NCBI GenBank assembly: GCA_947465495.1
Contig: CANIAS010000005.1
Location: 8,427-72,426 of the forward strand
Length of the DNA stretch: 64,000 bases
Source of the DNA: Candidatus Pollutiaquabacter sp.
GTDB lineage: Bacteria > Bacteroidota > Bacteroidia > AKYH767-A > 2013-40CM-41-45
Direction: 5' to 3'
Shown here: piece by piece, positions 31,838 through 41,800 of the stretch
Position numbering within the stretch: position 1 is the stretch's first letter
Layout: each line of letters begins with the position of its first letter
The notes under the pieces: generated by a model
What the model saw: the letters and a program-made list of their open reading frames with translations, nothing else
What the model was told of the DNA's origin: nothing
Database searches by the model: none
Position numbers and translations under genes: made by a program

Positions 31838-34060
31838 ATGAATTTTATTTATCGAATGATCGGTACGATGCTACTCGTACTCGTGGTAGTTTCTGTTCGC
31901 GCTCAATCCGGTATGATACGCGGCACTGTAGTCACAACTGCTATTGACAAGAATTTGCGGCTCGGGTTGCCTGGAGCAGTAGTTCGCTTATTGCCAGGTG
32001 ATACTGCGGTGCTAACGGATGTGGGTGGCAATTATAGCATCCCGTATATCGGAACCTGGCCGCTTCAATTGGTTGTTTCCTTCGTGGGGTATAAAACAGA
32101 TACAATTTCAGTGTACAGCGAAAGTGTCCCAGATATTCAATTGGTTGGATCGGTAGAACTACAGGAGGTTTCAGTGACCGGTAAGAAAGAAGCCGTAGGA
32201 TATTCCCGAATCAATCCATTAAACATCGAACGGGTAGGAGAGAAGGAAATCCTTAAAGCTGCCTGCTGCAACTTATCAGAAGCGTTTGAGTCATCTCCGA
32301 CCGTGAATGTCGCATATACCGATGCCGTGACTGGCGCTAAAGAGATTCGCTTACTGGGTTTGTCCGGAATATATTCGCAGCTTTTGACGGAAGCGATTCC
32401 GAATTATCGTGGGATAGCTGGCGCCTATGGATTGTATTTTATTCCTGGTCCTTGGATGGAATCTATTCAGGTAACAAAAGGTACAGGTTCGGTTCAGCAA
32501 GGTTACGAAGCGACCACCGGTCAGATCAATGTCGAATTCAAAAAGCCAAATGAAGAATCTGTGCCTCGTTTCTTTTTGAATCTGTTTGGTGAGCAAAATG
32601 GTAATATGGAGCTTAACACCCATGTCAAACATGAATTCAATGAACATTGGAGTTCAATTCTGATGGCACATGGCAATTACATGAACGGGAATCAGGACCT
32701 TCAAGACGATGGTTTTTTAGACATTCCTCATGCGCAACAAGTCAATCTGTATAATCGTTGGCATTACAATAGCGGGAATCGACTAGAATCGCAATTTGGT
32801 TGGCGCTATGTGTATGATCTACGCAAAGGCGGACAATTTGGCGTGATGAATCATTCGCAAGGATTGTACACCACCGATGTTCTGAATGCTCGTGCGGAAG
32901 CATTCGGTAAACTTGGTATCGTATTCCGTGACAAGCCCGGCAAAAGCATCGGCAATATCGCTCAAGCAACGATTCATCGATTGAATGCCAGATTTGGTAT
33001 CACGACCTATAACGCTCAAGAAAGAACGTTGTTATTGCAAAGTCTCTTTGAGAATAGTTTTAACAATGGTCAGCACCATATTAAACTAGGTGTTAATTAC
33101 CGTTACGATGAGTGGACAGAATTGATTGACACCATTGATCAAAAAACTGTGGAGTCAGTCCCTGGCGCTTTCGTAGAATACACGTATAATCATGCCGATG
33201 ATTTTTCGGTGGTGATTGGCCAACGACTGGATCATCACAATACGTATGGGTTTATCTACACGCCTCGAATCCATGCTAAATACAATTTCTCTGAAGAGTT
33301 TATCCTCCGTGCCTCCGCAGGTAGTTCGTTTAGGGTTCCGAATATTTTTGCTGACAACCTGAGTATGCTCGCATCCTCTCGGCAAATCATCGTGGCTCCT
33401 GATATCTTACCCGAGAGAGCATGGAACTTTGGTTTTAATGCAACGTGGCATTTTATGCTGAATGACAAGGAAGGTGCTATAAATCTAGATGCTTACCGTT
33501 CGGTGTTCTCCAGTCAGTTGATAGTTGATCGAGTGACAGCCTACAACGAAGTGTTACTGTATAACCTACAGGGTGCTTCCTACTCAAATAGTGGTCAAGT
33601 CGCTGTTGATTATGAAGTACTAGATCGGCTGAATGTACGTTTAGCATATAAGCGCGATGATGTAAAGGTTGCTTACAATGATTCATTACAACGGAAGCCG
33701 TTGATCCCATACGATCGATCATTGCTAAACCTTGCCTATTTAACTGCAAATGAGCATTGGAGATTTGATTATACCATCGTTCGGGAAGGTAGAAAGCGAT
33801 TGCTTCCTACCTATGTGGACCCAACCTTCGATTCACAAGCTACTCAGTCACCGGTGTTTATTACGATGAATATTCAAGTGACAAAAGTCTTTCGAAAATT
33901 CGAAGCCTATGTTGGATCCGAGAATCTTCTTAATTATTACCAGGAGCATCCTATCGTGAATGCGGATGATCCATTCGGGCCTTCTTTTGACGCCACCAAT
34001 GTGTGGGGGCCTATTGATGGTCGCCGGATTTATGCCGGCATTCGTTATGCTATTAAATAA
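31838..34060 (+). CDS. TonB-dependent outer-membrane receptor with N-terminal carboxypeptidase-regulatory-like domain
   Basis: 740 aa. Signal peptide, then the CarbopepD_reg-like segment GTVVTTAIDKNLRLGLPGAVVRLL...GGNYSI, then a plug domain (KEIRLLGLSGIYSQLLTEAIP) with an unusual AACCNLSEAFE segment, and a long beta-barrel. Confidence 0.75.
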   Translation: MNFIYRMIGTMLLVLVVVSVRAQSGMIRGTVVTTAIDKNLRLGLPGAVVRLLPGDTAVLTDVGGNYSIPYIGTWPLQLVVSFVGYKTDTISVYSESVPDIQLVGSVELQEVSVTGKKEAVGYSRINPLNIERVGEKEILKAACCNLSEAFESSPTVNVAYTDAVTGAKEIRLLGLSGIYSQLLTEAIPNYRGIAGAYGLYFIPGPWMESIQVTKGTGSVQQGYEATTGQINVEFKKPNEESVPRFFLNLFGEQNGNMELNTHVKHEFNEHWSSILMAHGNYMNGNQDLQDDGFLDIPHAQQVNLYNRWHYNSGNRLESQFGWRYVYDLRKGGQFGVMNHSQGLYTTDVLNARAEAFGKLGIVFRDKPGKSIGNIAQATIHRLNARFGITTYNAQERTLLLQSLFENSFNNGQHHIKLGVNYRYDEWTELIDTIDQKTVESVPGAFVEYTYNHADDFSVVIGQRLDHHNTYGFIYTPRIHAKYNFSEEFILRASAGSSFRVPNIFADNLSMLASSRQIIVAPDILPERAWNFGFNATWHFMLNDKEGAINLDAYRSVFSSQLIVDRVTAYNEVLLYNLQGASYSNSGQVAVDYEVLDRLNVRLAYKRDDVKVAYNDSLQRKPLIPYDRSLLNLAYLTANEHWRFDYTIVREGRKRLLPTYVDPTFDSQATQSPVFITMNIQVTKVFRKFEAYVGSENLLNYYQEHPIVNADDPFGPSFDATNVWGPIDGRRIYAGIRYAIK

Positions 34061-34081
34061 TAAAACCTAAAAAGTTCAAAC

Positions 34082-34417
34082 ATGAAAAAATTAATCATTG
34101 TCTCTTGGCTGGCCTTGTTGTTTTCAGTAAGCATCCAGGCTCAAACTGACACCTTAAAAATCAAGACGTCTTCAGTGTGCGAGAATTGCAAACGAACAAT
34201 TGAAAATGACTTGTCATTCGAAAAAGGGGTCAAGGCGGCTACGCTTGACCTGGATAGCAACTTGATTACAGTTGTTTATAATCCTAAAAAAACCACTCCG
34301 GAAAAGATACGTCAGCGAATTTCGGATATAGGGTACGATGCCGATGATGTAAAAAGAAACCCCAAAGCATTTAACAAGCTGCCTGATTGCTGTAAGAGTC
34401 CGGACGGTCATCATTGA
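34082..34417 (+). CDS. Secreted heavy-metal-associated (HMA) domain protein with C-terminal CCxxxxGHH
   Basis: Signal peptide MKKLIIVSWLALLFSVSIQA. The KIKTSSVCENCKRTIEN segment sits where an HMA domain carries its MxCxxC metal-binding loop, followed by a ferredoxin-like fold and the terminal CCKSPDGHH. Confidence 0.6.
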   Translation: MKKLIIVSWLALLFSVSIQAQTDTLKIKTSSVCENCKRTIENDLSFEKGVKAATLDLDSNLITVVYNPKKTTPEKIRQRISDIGYDADDVKRNPKAFNKLPDCCKSPDGHH

Positions 34418-34464
34418 TAAAAAATCGGTCGACTTGCCGAAAGGTATAGAGGAAATAATGCTAA

Positions 34465-36102
34465 CTATTGTTTTCGATACACTAATTCACCATTGACGTA
34501 AGTGGCGACAACTCTAGTCTTGAGTAGATGGTCTTCTTGCGTAGAAAGTAAATCCTGGTCAAGTATCACAAAGTCTGCGACCTTACCTGGCTCAAGACTG
34601 CCCTTCTGTTCGTTCTCGAAATTTGCATATGCCGCCCAGATGGTCATAGCCCGAAGTGCATCTTTCCTGCTTACCTTGTTTTTGGATTGAAATCCTCCGG
34701 CTGGAAATTCCTTTTCATCTTTACGTGCCACTGCTGCATGGAAGGTAAGTAAGGGATCTATTTTTTCCACTGGAAAATCTGTACCGAATGCTATTCGGTC
34801 AGTTTTTTTCAGCAAATCCTGATAGCAATAAGCCGTTTGGATACGGTCCTGGCCTAAACGTTTTTCAGCCCAATACATATCACTGGTCGCATGTGTGGGT
34901 TGCACCGATGGAATAATCGAAAGTTTTTTGAATTCGGAAAGGTCTTTTGGATCTACCACCTGGCAGTGCTCGATTCGCCATCGCCTGTCATTGTGTTGAT
35001 GTAAATGGTTGTCGTATATTTTTAAGGCGGCCGCGACCCCTGAATCGCCGATAGCATGTGTGCAGAGTTGAAACCCGTGTTCCATGGCTTCGTCTGCCAG
35101 TTCATTGAGAGCGTCGTACGGGTGAAGTAATAATCCAAAATGCCCCGGTTGATCACTGTATGGTTTTTTAAGAAGTGCTCCTCTTGATCCGAGTGCACCA
35201 TCCAGATATGTTTTGACTGCCCTAACGGTTAGTCGTTCTGTAGTGATGGGGCCTTTTTTGAAATAATAGTCTGTTGTTGCTTTTGAATCTCGTATCATGG
35301 CGTAAACACGGATTTTGATTCGTCCATCTTTCTGCAATTGCTGAATCAATTCGATGGAGTCTTTGCCTAATCCTGCATCACATACACTGGTTAACCCTGC
35401 CGCAAAGCAATTAGCTTGAGCTTTTACCAAGGCATCAGCATTTAGAGCATTGCTGAAGGAGGGGATTTTGTTTTCAGCCAATTGAATGGCGTTGTCGATG
35501 AGTAGACCGGTAGGCTCGCCATTTTTCAGCACTACCTCGCCACCTTCAACATGGGTGTTGGCGTTTATTCCAGCGAGTAGCAATGCGGTCTTGTTGCAAA
35601 TGGCGGCGTGCCCGTCTATGCGCATTAGGAAAACGGGCTTGTCAGGAAATAGTCGGTCTAATTCCGTTTTATCAGGAAAGGTGTTGTCGGTCCAGTCGTT
35701 TTGATCCCAACCTCTTCCTAGGATCCACTCGAATTGATTGGTGGCTGCAAATTTTACCAGGGAATCTAAAATCTCTGCATAGCCAGTAGTTCCAGTTACA
35801 TCACATTTTAATAGGTCGCTGGCATAACCGTAAAAATGGCTGTGTGCATCGATGAAGCCGGGATAAATAGTTTGTCCTTGAAGATCAATCGTGGAGTCCG
35901 CTGAAAAGCGACTACTCAGTTCTTTGCTATTGCCAAGCGCATACACTTTCCCATCCCGTATTGCCATGGCCTCCTGTACGGTAAAGTTATTATCGACGGT
36001 GTATATTTTTCCGTTGATGACTAAAAGGTCTACCTGCTCCCTTGTACACGCGGCCAACATGCAAAATAGGAGCGTGATGCTAAGTATTGATTGTTTTTTC
36101 AT
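34465..36102 (-). CDS. Amidohydrolase-family lipoprotein (metal-dependent hydrolase, Amidohydro_3-like)
   Basis: Start taken at MKKQSILSITLLFCMLAAC (lipobox). Metal-ligand HxH motif (FIDAHSHFYG) near the N-terminus; GHAAICN, HAIGD and FGTDFPVE further along. Confidence 0.7.
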   Translation of the reverse strand: MKKQSILSITLLFCMLAACTREQVDLLVINGKIYTVDNNFTVQEAMAIRDGKVYALGNSKELSSRFSADSTIDLQGQTIYPGFIDAHSHFYGYASDLLKCDVTGTTGYAEILDSLVKFAATNQFEWILGRGWDQNDWTDNTFPDKTELDRLFPDKPVFLMRIDGHAAICNKTALLLAGINANTHVEGGEVVLKNGEPTGLLIDNAIQLAENKIPSFSNALNADALVKAQANCFAAGLTSVCDAGLGKDSIELIQQLQKDGRIKIRVYAMIRDSKATTDYYFKKGPITTERLTVRAVKTYLDGALGSRGALLKKPYSDQPGHFGLLLHPYDALNELADEAMEHGFQLCTHAIGDSGVAAALKIYDNHLHQHNDRRWRIEHCQVVDPKDLSEFKKLSIIPSVQPTHATSDMYWAEKRLGQDRIQTAYCYQDLLKKTDRIAFGTDFPVEKIDPLLTFHAAVARKDEKEFPAGGFQSKNKVSRKDALRAMTIWAAYANFENEQKGSLEPGKVADFVILDQDLLSTQEDHLLKTRVVATYVNGELVYRKQ

Positions 36103-36250
36103 TGGAATTTCATGAGATTCAAAAGTACATCTTGAAGGGATTGAAATTCCGTTTCCTGTTGTCAATAATGTTCATTTTTTTAACGGAATTTAGCAAAGGT
36201 AAAAGGTATTTTTCCCGTTCTTGTGTATTACGTATTATTCAAACAAAGCT

Positions 36251-38008
36251 ATGTTCGGACGTTTCAAATTCATGCATAAATTTAAAAAGATTGGACTGGT
36301 ACTTTTAGTAAGTGCTAGTTTGTTTTTCTCTTTCCGCGAAGTGGACGATTATTATTTCGAGGTGAGTAAGAACCTCGACATTTTCACCACGCTATTTCGT
36401 GAAGTGAATACCTATTATGTGGACAGTGTTGAACCAGGAGCTTTGATGAAGACGGGTATGGATGCTATGCTTAAATCGCTGGATCCGTATACCGTGTACA
36501 TTCCGGAAAGCGACATAGAGGATTACAAAATGACTCACATCTCAGCGGAGTATGGAGGTATTGGAGCATTGGTTCAGTCGCGCAATGGGGAAATTGAAAT
36601 TAGTGAGTTGTATGAAGGATTTCCTGCACAAAAAGGAGGTCTGCAAGTTGGGGATCGTATACTATCGGTAAATGGCATTTCCACACAGGGTAAAAAAGTA
36701 GATGAGGTGACAAACGTGATGAAAGGTCAGAAGGGTACTTCAGTTAAATTTACATTGCGTCGCGAAGGATTTGCTCAGCCCATTGAGAAAACCATTGTTC
36801 GCGATGAGATTAAATTCAAAAACGTGCCTTACTTTGGCATGGTAGGGCCTCATACGGGTTATATTCATCTGACACAATTCTTGGAAAATGCAGCTCAAGA
36901 TGTAAAGGATGCTTTAGTCACGTTGAAAAAAGATACGGCGATGACTTCCCTAATTCTTGATCTGCGAGGCAATGGTGGTGGCTTGTTGCGTGAGGCGGTA
37001 GATATTGTGAATCTGTTTGTCGGTAGCAATCAAAAAGTCGTCTCCCAAAAAGGAAAAATTAAGGAGATGAACATGGAATATTTTGCATCTAAACCACCGG
37101 TAGATACCGTTATTCCGCTGGTGGTAATGATTGATCGTGGTTCCGCTTCTGCTTCTGAAATTGTAACAGGTTCACTGCAGGAGTTAGATCGTGCCGTGAT
37201 AGTCGGTCAACGTAGCTTTGGCAAAGGATTGGTTCAGCAAACCTACAATCTATCCTATAATACATTACTGAAAGTCACCATTGCCAAGTACTATACGCCA
37301 AGTGGCCGTTGTATTCAGGCACTTGATTATTCACATCGTACTAAAGAAGGAGCAGTAGGTAAAGTCGCCGACTCCCTTATCACCGAATTCAAAACAAAAA
37401 ACGGTCGCTCTGTCTTTGATGGCAGTGGAGTTTACCCGGATGTGTATACAGATCCATCTTACTATAGTCCTGTAGTAGTGGCCTTGTTGAACAATTACCT
37501 GATATTTGATTACTCGAGTAAGTACTTTCGAGAGCACCCATCCATTGCTCCAGCTTCGGAGTTTACGCTGACAGCGACTGATTATATGGCCTTCGAACAG
37601 TTTTTACAGGGTAAAAAATACGACTATACTGATCGTAGTGAATTGAAACTTGATGAGCTGAAAAGTGCACTTGAAAAGGATAAGCATTTCGACCGATTGA
37701 AAAGTGAGTATGAGGCTATGAAAAACGAAATGGCAGCCAATAAGAAACAAGATCTTTCTAATCACCGCGATGAAATTCGCGAAGTTTTGGAGGAGGAGAT
37801 TTCATCGAGATATTATTTCGAGAAAGGAAGAATTCAGACCGAACTCAAAAATGATTCGGATCTGAAACGTGCTGTCGGCGTACTCAGTGATCAATCATTG
37901 TATACTGCAATTCTTCGTGGCGATGGTACTTATAAAGTTATCGGAAAGCCCGGCAGCGAGGCTCACGCCAAAGCGGTAAAAGAACGCGAAGAAAATCGAG
38001 AAGACTAA
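36251..38008 (+). CDS. S41 family C-terminal processing peptidase with PDZ domain
   Basis: PDZ region GLQVGDRILSVNG, the catalytic Ser in LILDLRGNGGG, and the S41 core. Start chosen at MFGRFKF within ORF 36221..38008. Confidence 0.8.
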   Translation: MFGRFKFMHKFKKIGLVLLVSASLFFSFREVDDYYFEVSKNLDIFTTLFREVNTYYVDSVEPGALMKTGMDAMLKSLDPYTVYIPESDIEDYKMTHISAEYGGIGALVQSRNGEIEISELYEGFPAQKGGLQVGDRILSVNGISTQGKKVDEVTNVMKGQKGTSVKFTLRREGFAQPIEKTIVRDEIKFKNVPYFGMVGPHTGYIHLTQFLENAAQDVKDALVTLKKDTAMTSLILDLRGNGGGLLREAVDIVNLFVGSNQKVVSQKGKIKEMNMEYFASKPPVDTVIPLVVMIDRGSASASEIVTGSLQELDRAVIVGQRSFGKGLVQQTYNLSYNTLLKVTIAKYYTPSGRCIQALDYSHRTKEGAVGKVADSLITEFKTKNGRSVFDGSGVYPDVYTDPSYYSPVVVALLNNYLIFDYSSKYFREHPSIAPASEFTLTATDYMAFEQFLQGKKYDYTDRSELKLDELKSALEKDKHFDRLKSEYEAMKNEMAANKKQDLSNHRDEIREVLEEEISSRYYFEKGRIQTELKNDSDLKRAVGVLSDQSLYTAILRGDGTYKVIGKPGSEAHAKAVKEREENRED

Positions 38009-38080
38009 TTACAAGTCTCTGATTTCCATCGTGTTAAAAACAGCATTTTTTTGATAAATTTGCGCATCAATTGAATTACT

Positions 38081-38791
38081 ATGGGACGTGGTTTTGAAAA
38101 ACGTAAGCATAAGATGTTTGCCCGCTATGATCGAATGGCCAAGGCATTCACTAGGGTGGGTCGTGAAATAGCGATTGCTGTAAAAGCGGGCGGTACTGAT
38201 CCTGAATACAATCCTCGGTTGCGAACAGCTATGGCCAATGCAAAGGGGTTGAATATGCCTAAAGATCGTATTGAAAATGCGATCAAGAAGGCTAATTCAA
38301 AGGATGAAGGAAACTTTGAAGAAATTGTATACGAAGGTTATGGGCCGCATGGTGTTGCTATTCTAGTTGAATGTGCCACCGATAATCCGGTGCGTACCGT
38401 CGCTAACATCCGTATGCATTTCAATCGCGGTAATGGCGCCTTAGGAAAAACAGGTTCTCTGGATTTTATGTTTCAACGTAAAGGTGTTTTTCGCCTCGTT
38501 AATACCGGTAAAATAAATACAGACGAATTGGAATTGGAGTTAATTGATTTTGGTTTGGATTCGTTAGAAATAGATGAAGAGGAAGTGCTCATTTACACGG
38601 CCTATGAGGACTATGGCAAAATGGCAAAAGCCCTGGAGGATCGTAAAATCGAAGTGAAGAAATCAGCCCTTGAACGAATTCCAACTTCGTTTGCTGATTT
38701 GACGGAAGAGCAACAAGATGAAAACTTGCAATTAATTGATCGATTTGAAGAAGACGATGATGTGCAAGCGGTATATCATAATCTTCGATAA
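38081..38791 (+). CDS. YebC/PmpR family DNA-binding transcriptional regulator
   Basis: 236 aa with the classic N-terminus MGRGFEKRKHKMFARYDRMAKAFTRVGREIAIAVKAGGTDPEYNPRLR. Confidence 0.9.
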   Translation: MGRGFEKRKHKMFARYDRMAKAFTRVGREIAIAVKAGGTDPEYNPRLRTAMANAKGLNMPKDRIENAIKKANSKDEGNFEEIVYEGYGPHGVAILVECATDNPVRTVANIRMHFNRGNGALGKTGSLDFMFQRKGVFRLVNTGKINTDELELELIDFGLDSLEIDEEEVLIYTAYEDYGKMAKALEDRKIEVKKSALERIPTSFADLTEEQQDENLQLIDRFEEDDDVQAVYHNLR

Positions 38792-38825
38792 TCCACGCTT
38801 GCTGTTTCGATTAGCAAAATGATGC

Positions 38826-41800
38826 TTAACGCATCAAGTACATCTTTCCCCAGCCTTTCTTGAAGTAGGAGTATGCGTCGGTTTGACGCTTCTCGATCTC
38901 CTGTCCGTTGATACTCGAAACCACTCGGTATAAATAGAGTCCATTGGCCAATTGATCACCAAATTCGTCTTTCCCATCCCAGGCATATTCGGTAATGTTT
39001 CGCCCGATATGAATGTTGCCAAGCTCCGATTGAGTGATTTCTCGTACAATTTTTCCACTCACAGTCATGATTTGGATTTTCATGTAGGTCGGCACCTGAT
39101 TTCCCGTCAAGGTGAAAACAAATCGGGTAGAGGTGGAGAATGGATTGGGGTAGTTGAGTACTTCTGTAATCGTCGATCGATTGATCACTTCAAAAGAAAT
39201 CTTGTAGTTGTACTTTCCGGATTCGTTGTTGGAAATATCCGCAGCTTCTACCTCCAAGGTGTATGTACCATCTTCACTCAGGTTGGGTTGCCATTCGATT
39301 TTACAACTGTTCTTTGGTAAACTGGCAGGAGTAAAACGCATGCTTTGACCGTATTGAACGAGGTTGAAATAAACACGTTGGGAAGCTGCGCTATTGGGCG
39401 ATTTAAGATAGACCTTGAACTTGGAAGTGTCGTTGAGTGCGAGGAAACGGTTCTCGTCTTGCAATTGGATCGTAATGGCTGGTTTCCCACTTACGATGTC
39501 CTGATCCATGATGTGTACGCCGTCAAATGTTACGTCAAGAATTGGATTCACCTGGTCGCGGTCAATACGGAATTTTACTTCTGCCAGGTTGTTGAAATGA
39601 GCTTGCTCTAATTGATGGCGAGAATTGTATGGATTAGCCTCTATCCAAAGACTATTGACGCCCGAAAATCCCAAGGTTGAATCCACCCGCAAGTTGGCAA
39701 TTAAGTAACTGTTCACACGCAGTGAATCCAAACGTAATGTCGCAAGGTTTACACGCTGCCTCGCATTGTTATAGAGGTAGAAGTCTACATCCAGGCTGTC
39801 CATGGGTAGGTTTCCAATATTCTCGATAGCGATCCCCACTTTGAGTGTGTCACCTTCTGAAAGTGGATTCTTGTAGAAGCTGAACGTACGGTTGGGGTTA
39901 ATGCCGCATTCTGGTGCTTCTTCATAATACACCCGCCAATAATCCATTTGTGGAGGTGTATAGAGGGAGTCGTCTTCGACTACCGCTTGCAAGCGCAAAT
40001 ACTTGTATTGACTTGCTGAAATCCAATTCAAGGTAGTGTCTTTACCTGAAGTGGTGTAAGAAATGCCCATTGACAGGGTGTCCCAACGTTGTGTAGCGGT
40101 GTTTAGTCCAAGGATGTTTAATGTTGCAACATCTTTGGTGACAGACCCTTCTACCGGTGATTGATTCCAGTGCAACGATTCCCACTGGCGGGCTGGACCT
40201 ATCACGGTGCTGGAAATACTGCCTTCATTCCAGGTGGCAGAAAGTAGCTTGGACAAAGTCAAGGTATCCGTCTGCGACAAGCCAAAGATGGTTTCATTGT
40301 AGTTGCTATTTCCCTTTTGAGTGAGCATGATGAACGGAACATTGTCCTGCAATGAACTAAGGTCTAATCCAAGGCCACTGAAAGTGTTTTGAAATATTGG
40401 ATTAACACTTGAGTAATTGGCCGTATACCACGAATATACTAGGATGTAATTGCCGGATGGCACCGCATTGATGAGATTGGCCATTCCCTGCATTTCAGTG
40501 GCAGAATAATAATGAAACATAAAGTGATTCTCCGGTCGCTGTCGACAGGTTCCTGAACCTATCACGTTAAATGGATCATTGCAACTCCCTTGCGTAACGG
40601 TGAAAACATTGGATTGCCCGAAATTATTTCCACACGTATTCCACGGCAACAACGTGGTGGAGTCTAAGACTGCCACCAATACGCCGGGTGTAATGTTGCA
40701 CGCATTGTATTCAACCGGTGAGTTATTCAGTTTGTAACCGATTTCATTGTATCCGGCTTGTGTTCCATCGGGTAATCCTTTGGTAAGTGCGGTCAGGTTC
40801 TTTTTGTTTTCCACGTAGGAGAATCGCCTGCCTAACGTGTCGTAACGAATGTTTAAATACCCATCGTCCGCGAATTGGTAAAAATCCGATTGTGCCCAGC
40901 CGGATTTATTTCGAATAAACATGAACGTGGATTGTTGCCACTTGAAATTAGCAGGATCTATGCGGATGCTATCATTTGCCACACGCCAATAGTAGACGGC
41001 GCTGTCACGTAAAGGGTATCCAATCATATTCCAGGAAATAACACCTCCGCTATCCGTAATAGTAGAGGTGCGGAACAGTGGACTGTGTTGCATGGATGGA
41101 ACGGAATCAGCTAGCGACAGGTCAATGGTGTCAATCTCGAAAAGGTAGGTCCCGACGCCTGCAAGCGGATTGGCTGTGCATGCTTTTAATTTAACGGTAG
41201 TAGAAGGATAGATGGCAAAGCGGGGAGGATAAACAGGTATGATGTCGCTCGAGGTGATGAAGATGCTCGAGCTGGCATTGTTGTTCAAAAAGTTATCGAG
41301 TTCATCAACGCTATCCGCCGGATCTACTTGAACACTGAATAAATTGACACCAGCAGCATTCAGTCCTCCTACCGGAAGATTCAATGCGAGGTCGTCCTCG
41401 TAGTAGCAATTTCCGCGAAGCATCACGTACACCGAATCGCTACCGTCTGGGAAAGTCCGTTTTATTCGAACTTGGAAGGAGTCGTTGGTCGCTCTGGCAA
41501 TGTTTCTGGTGAGTATGTGTACCGTAAACGTATCTTGATTAGTGGTCACATCATAACTGGGGAACTTGATCGATGACTCGTTAATGGCAAAATCCGGTTT
41601 GGGCCAATTGTTTATTTTAATCGAAGGGTCGCCGTTCAAAGACATTTCCTGAGAAACGATCTTTACGCTTTCTACGTTTGGAATCTGAATATCCTGAACG
41701 GTTTTCTTCATTAAGTAGCCGACCGAAGCGCCGTAATTAGTGACTGAAGCATTTTCAAAAAAAGCATGCGAATACAGATACAAGTCTTGAGGTACTCCCA

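Noticed and set aside
36087-36308. 73-aa ORF spanning the amidohydrolase / S41 peptidase intergenic region
   Set aside because: It overlaps the divergent promoter region and the S41 start, and its sequence is low-complexity. The true S41 start at 36251 explains the coding signal.
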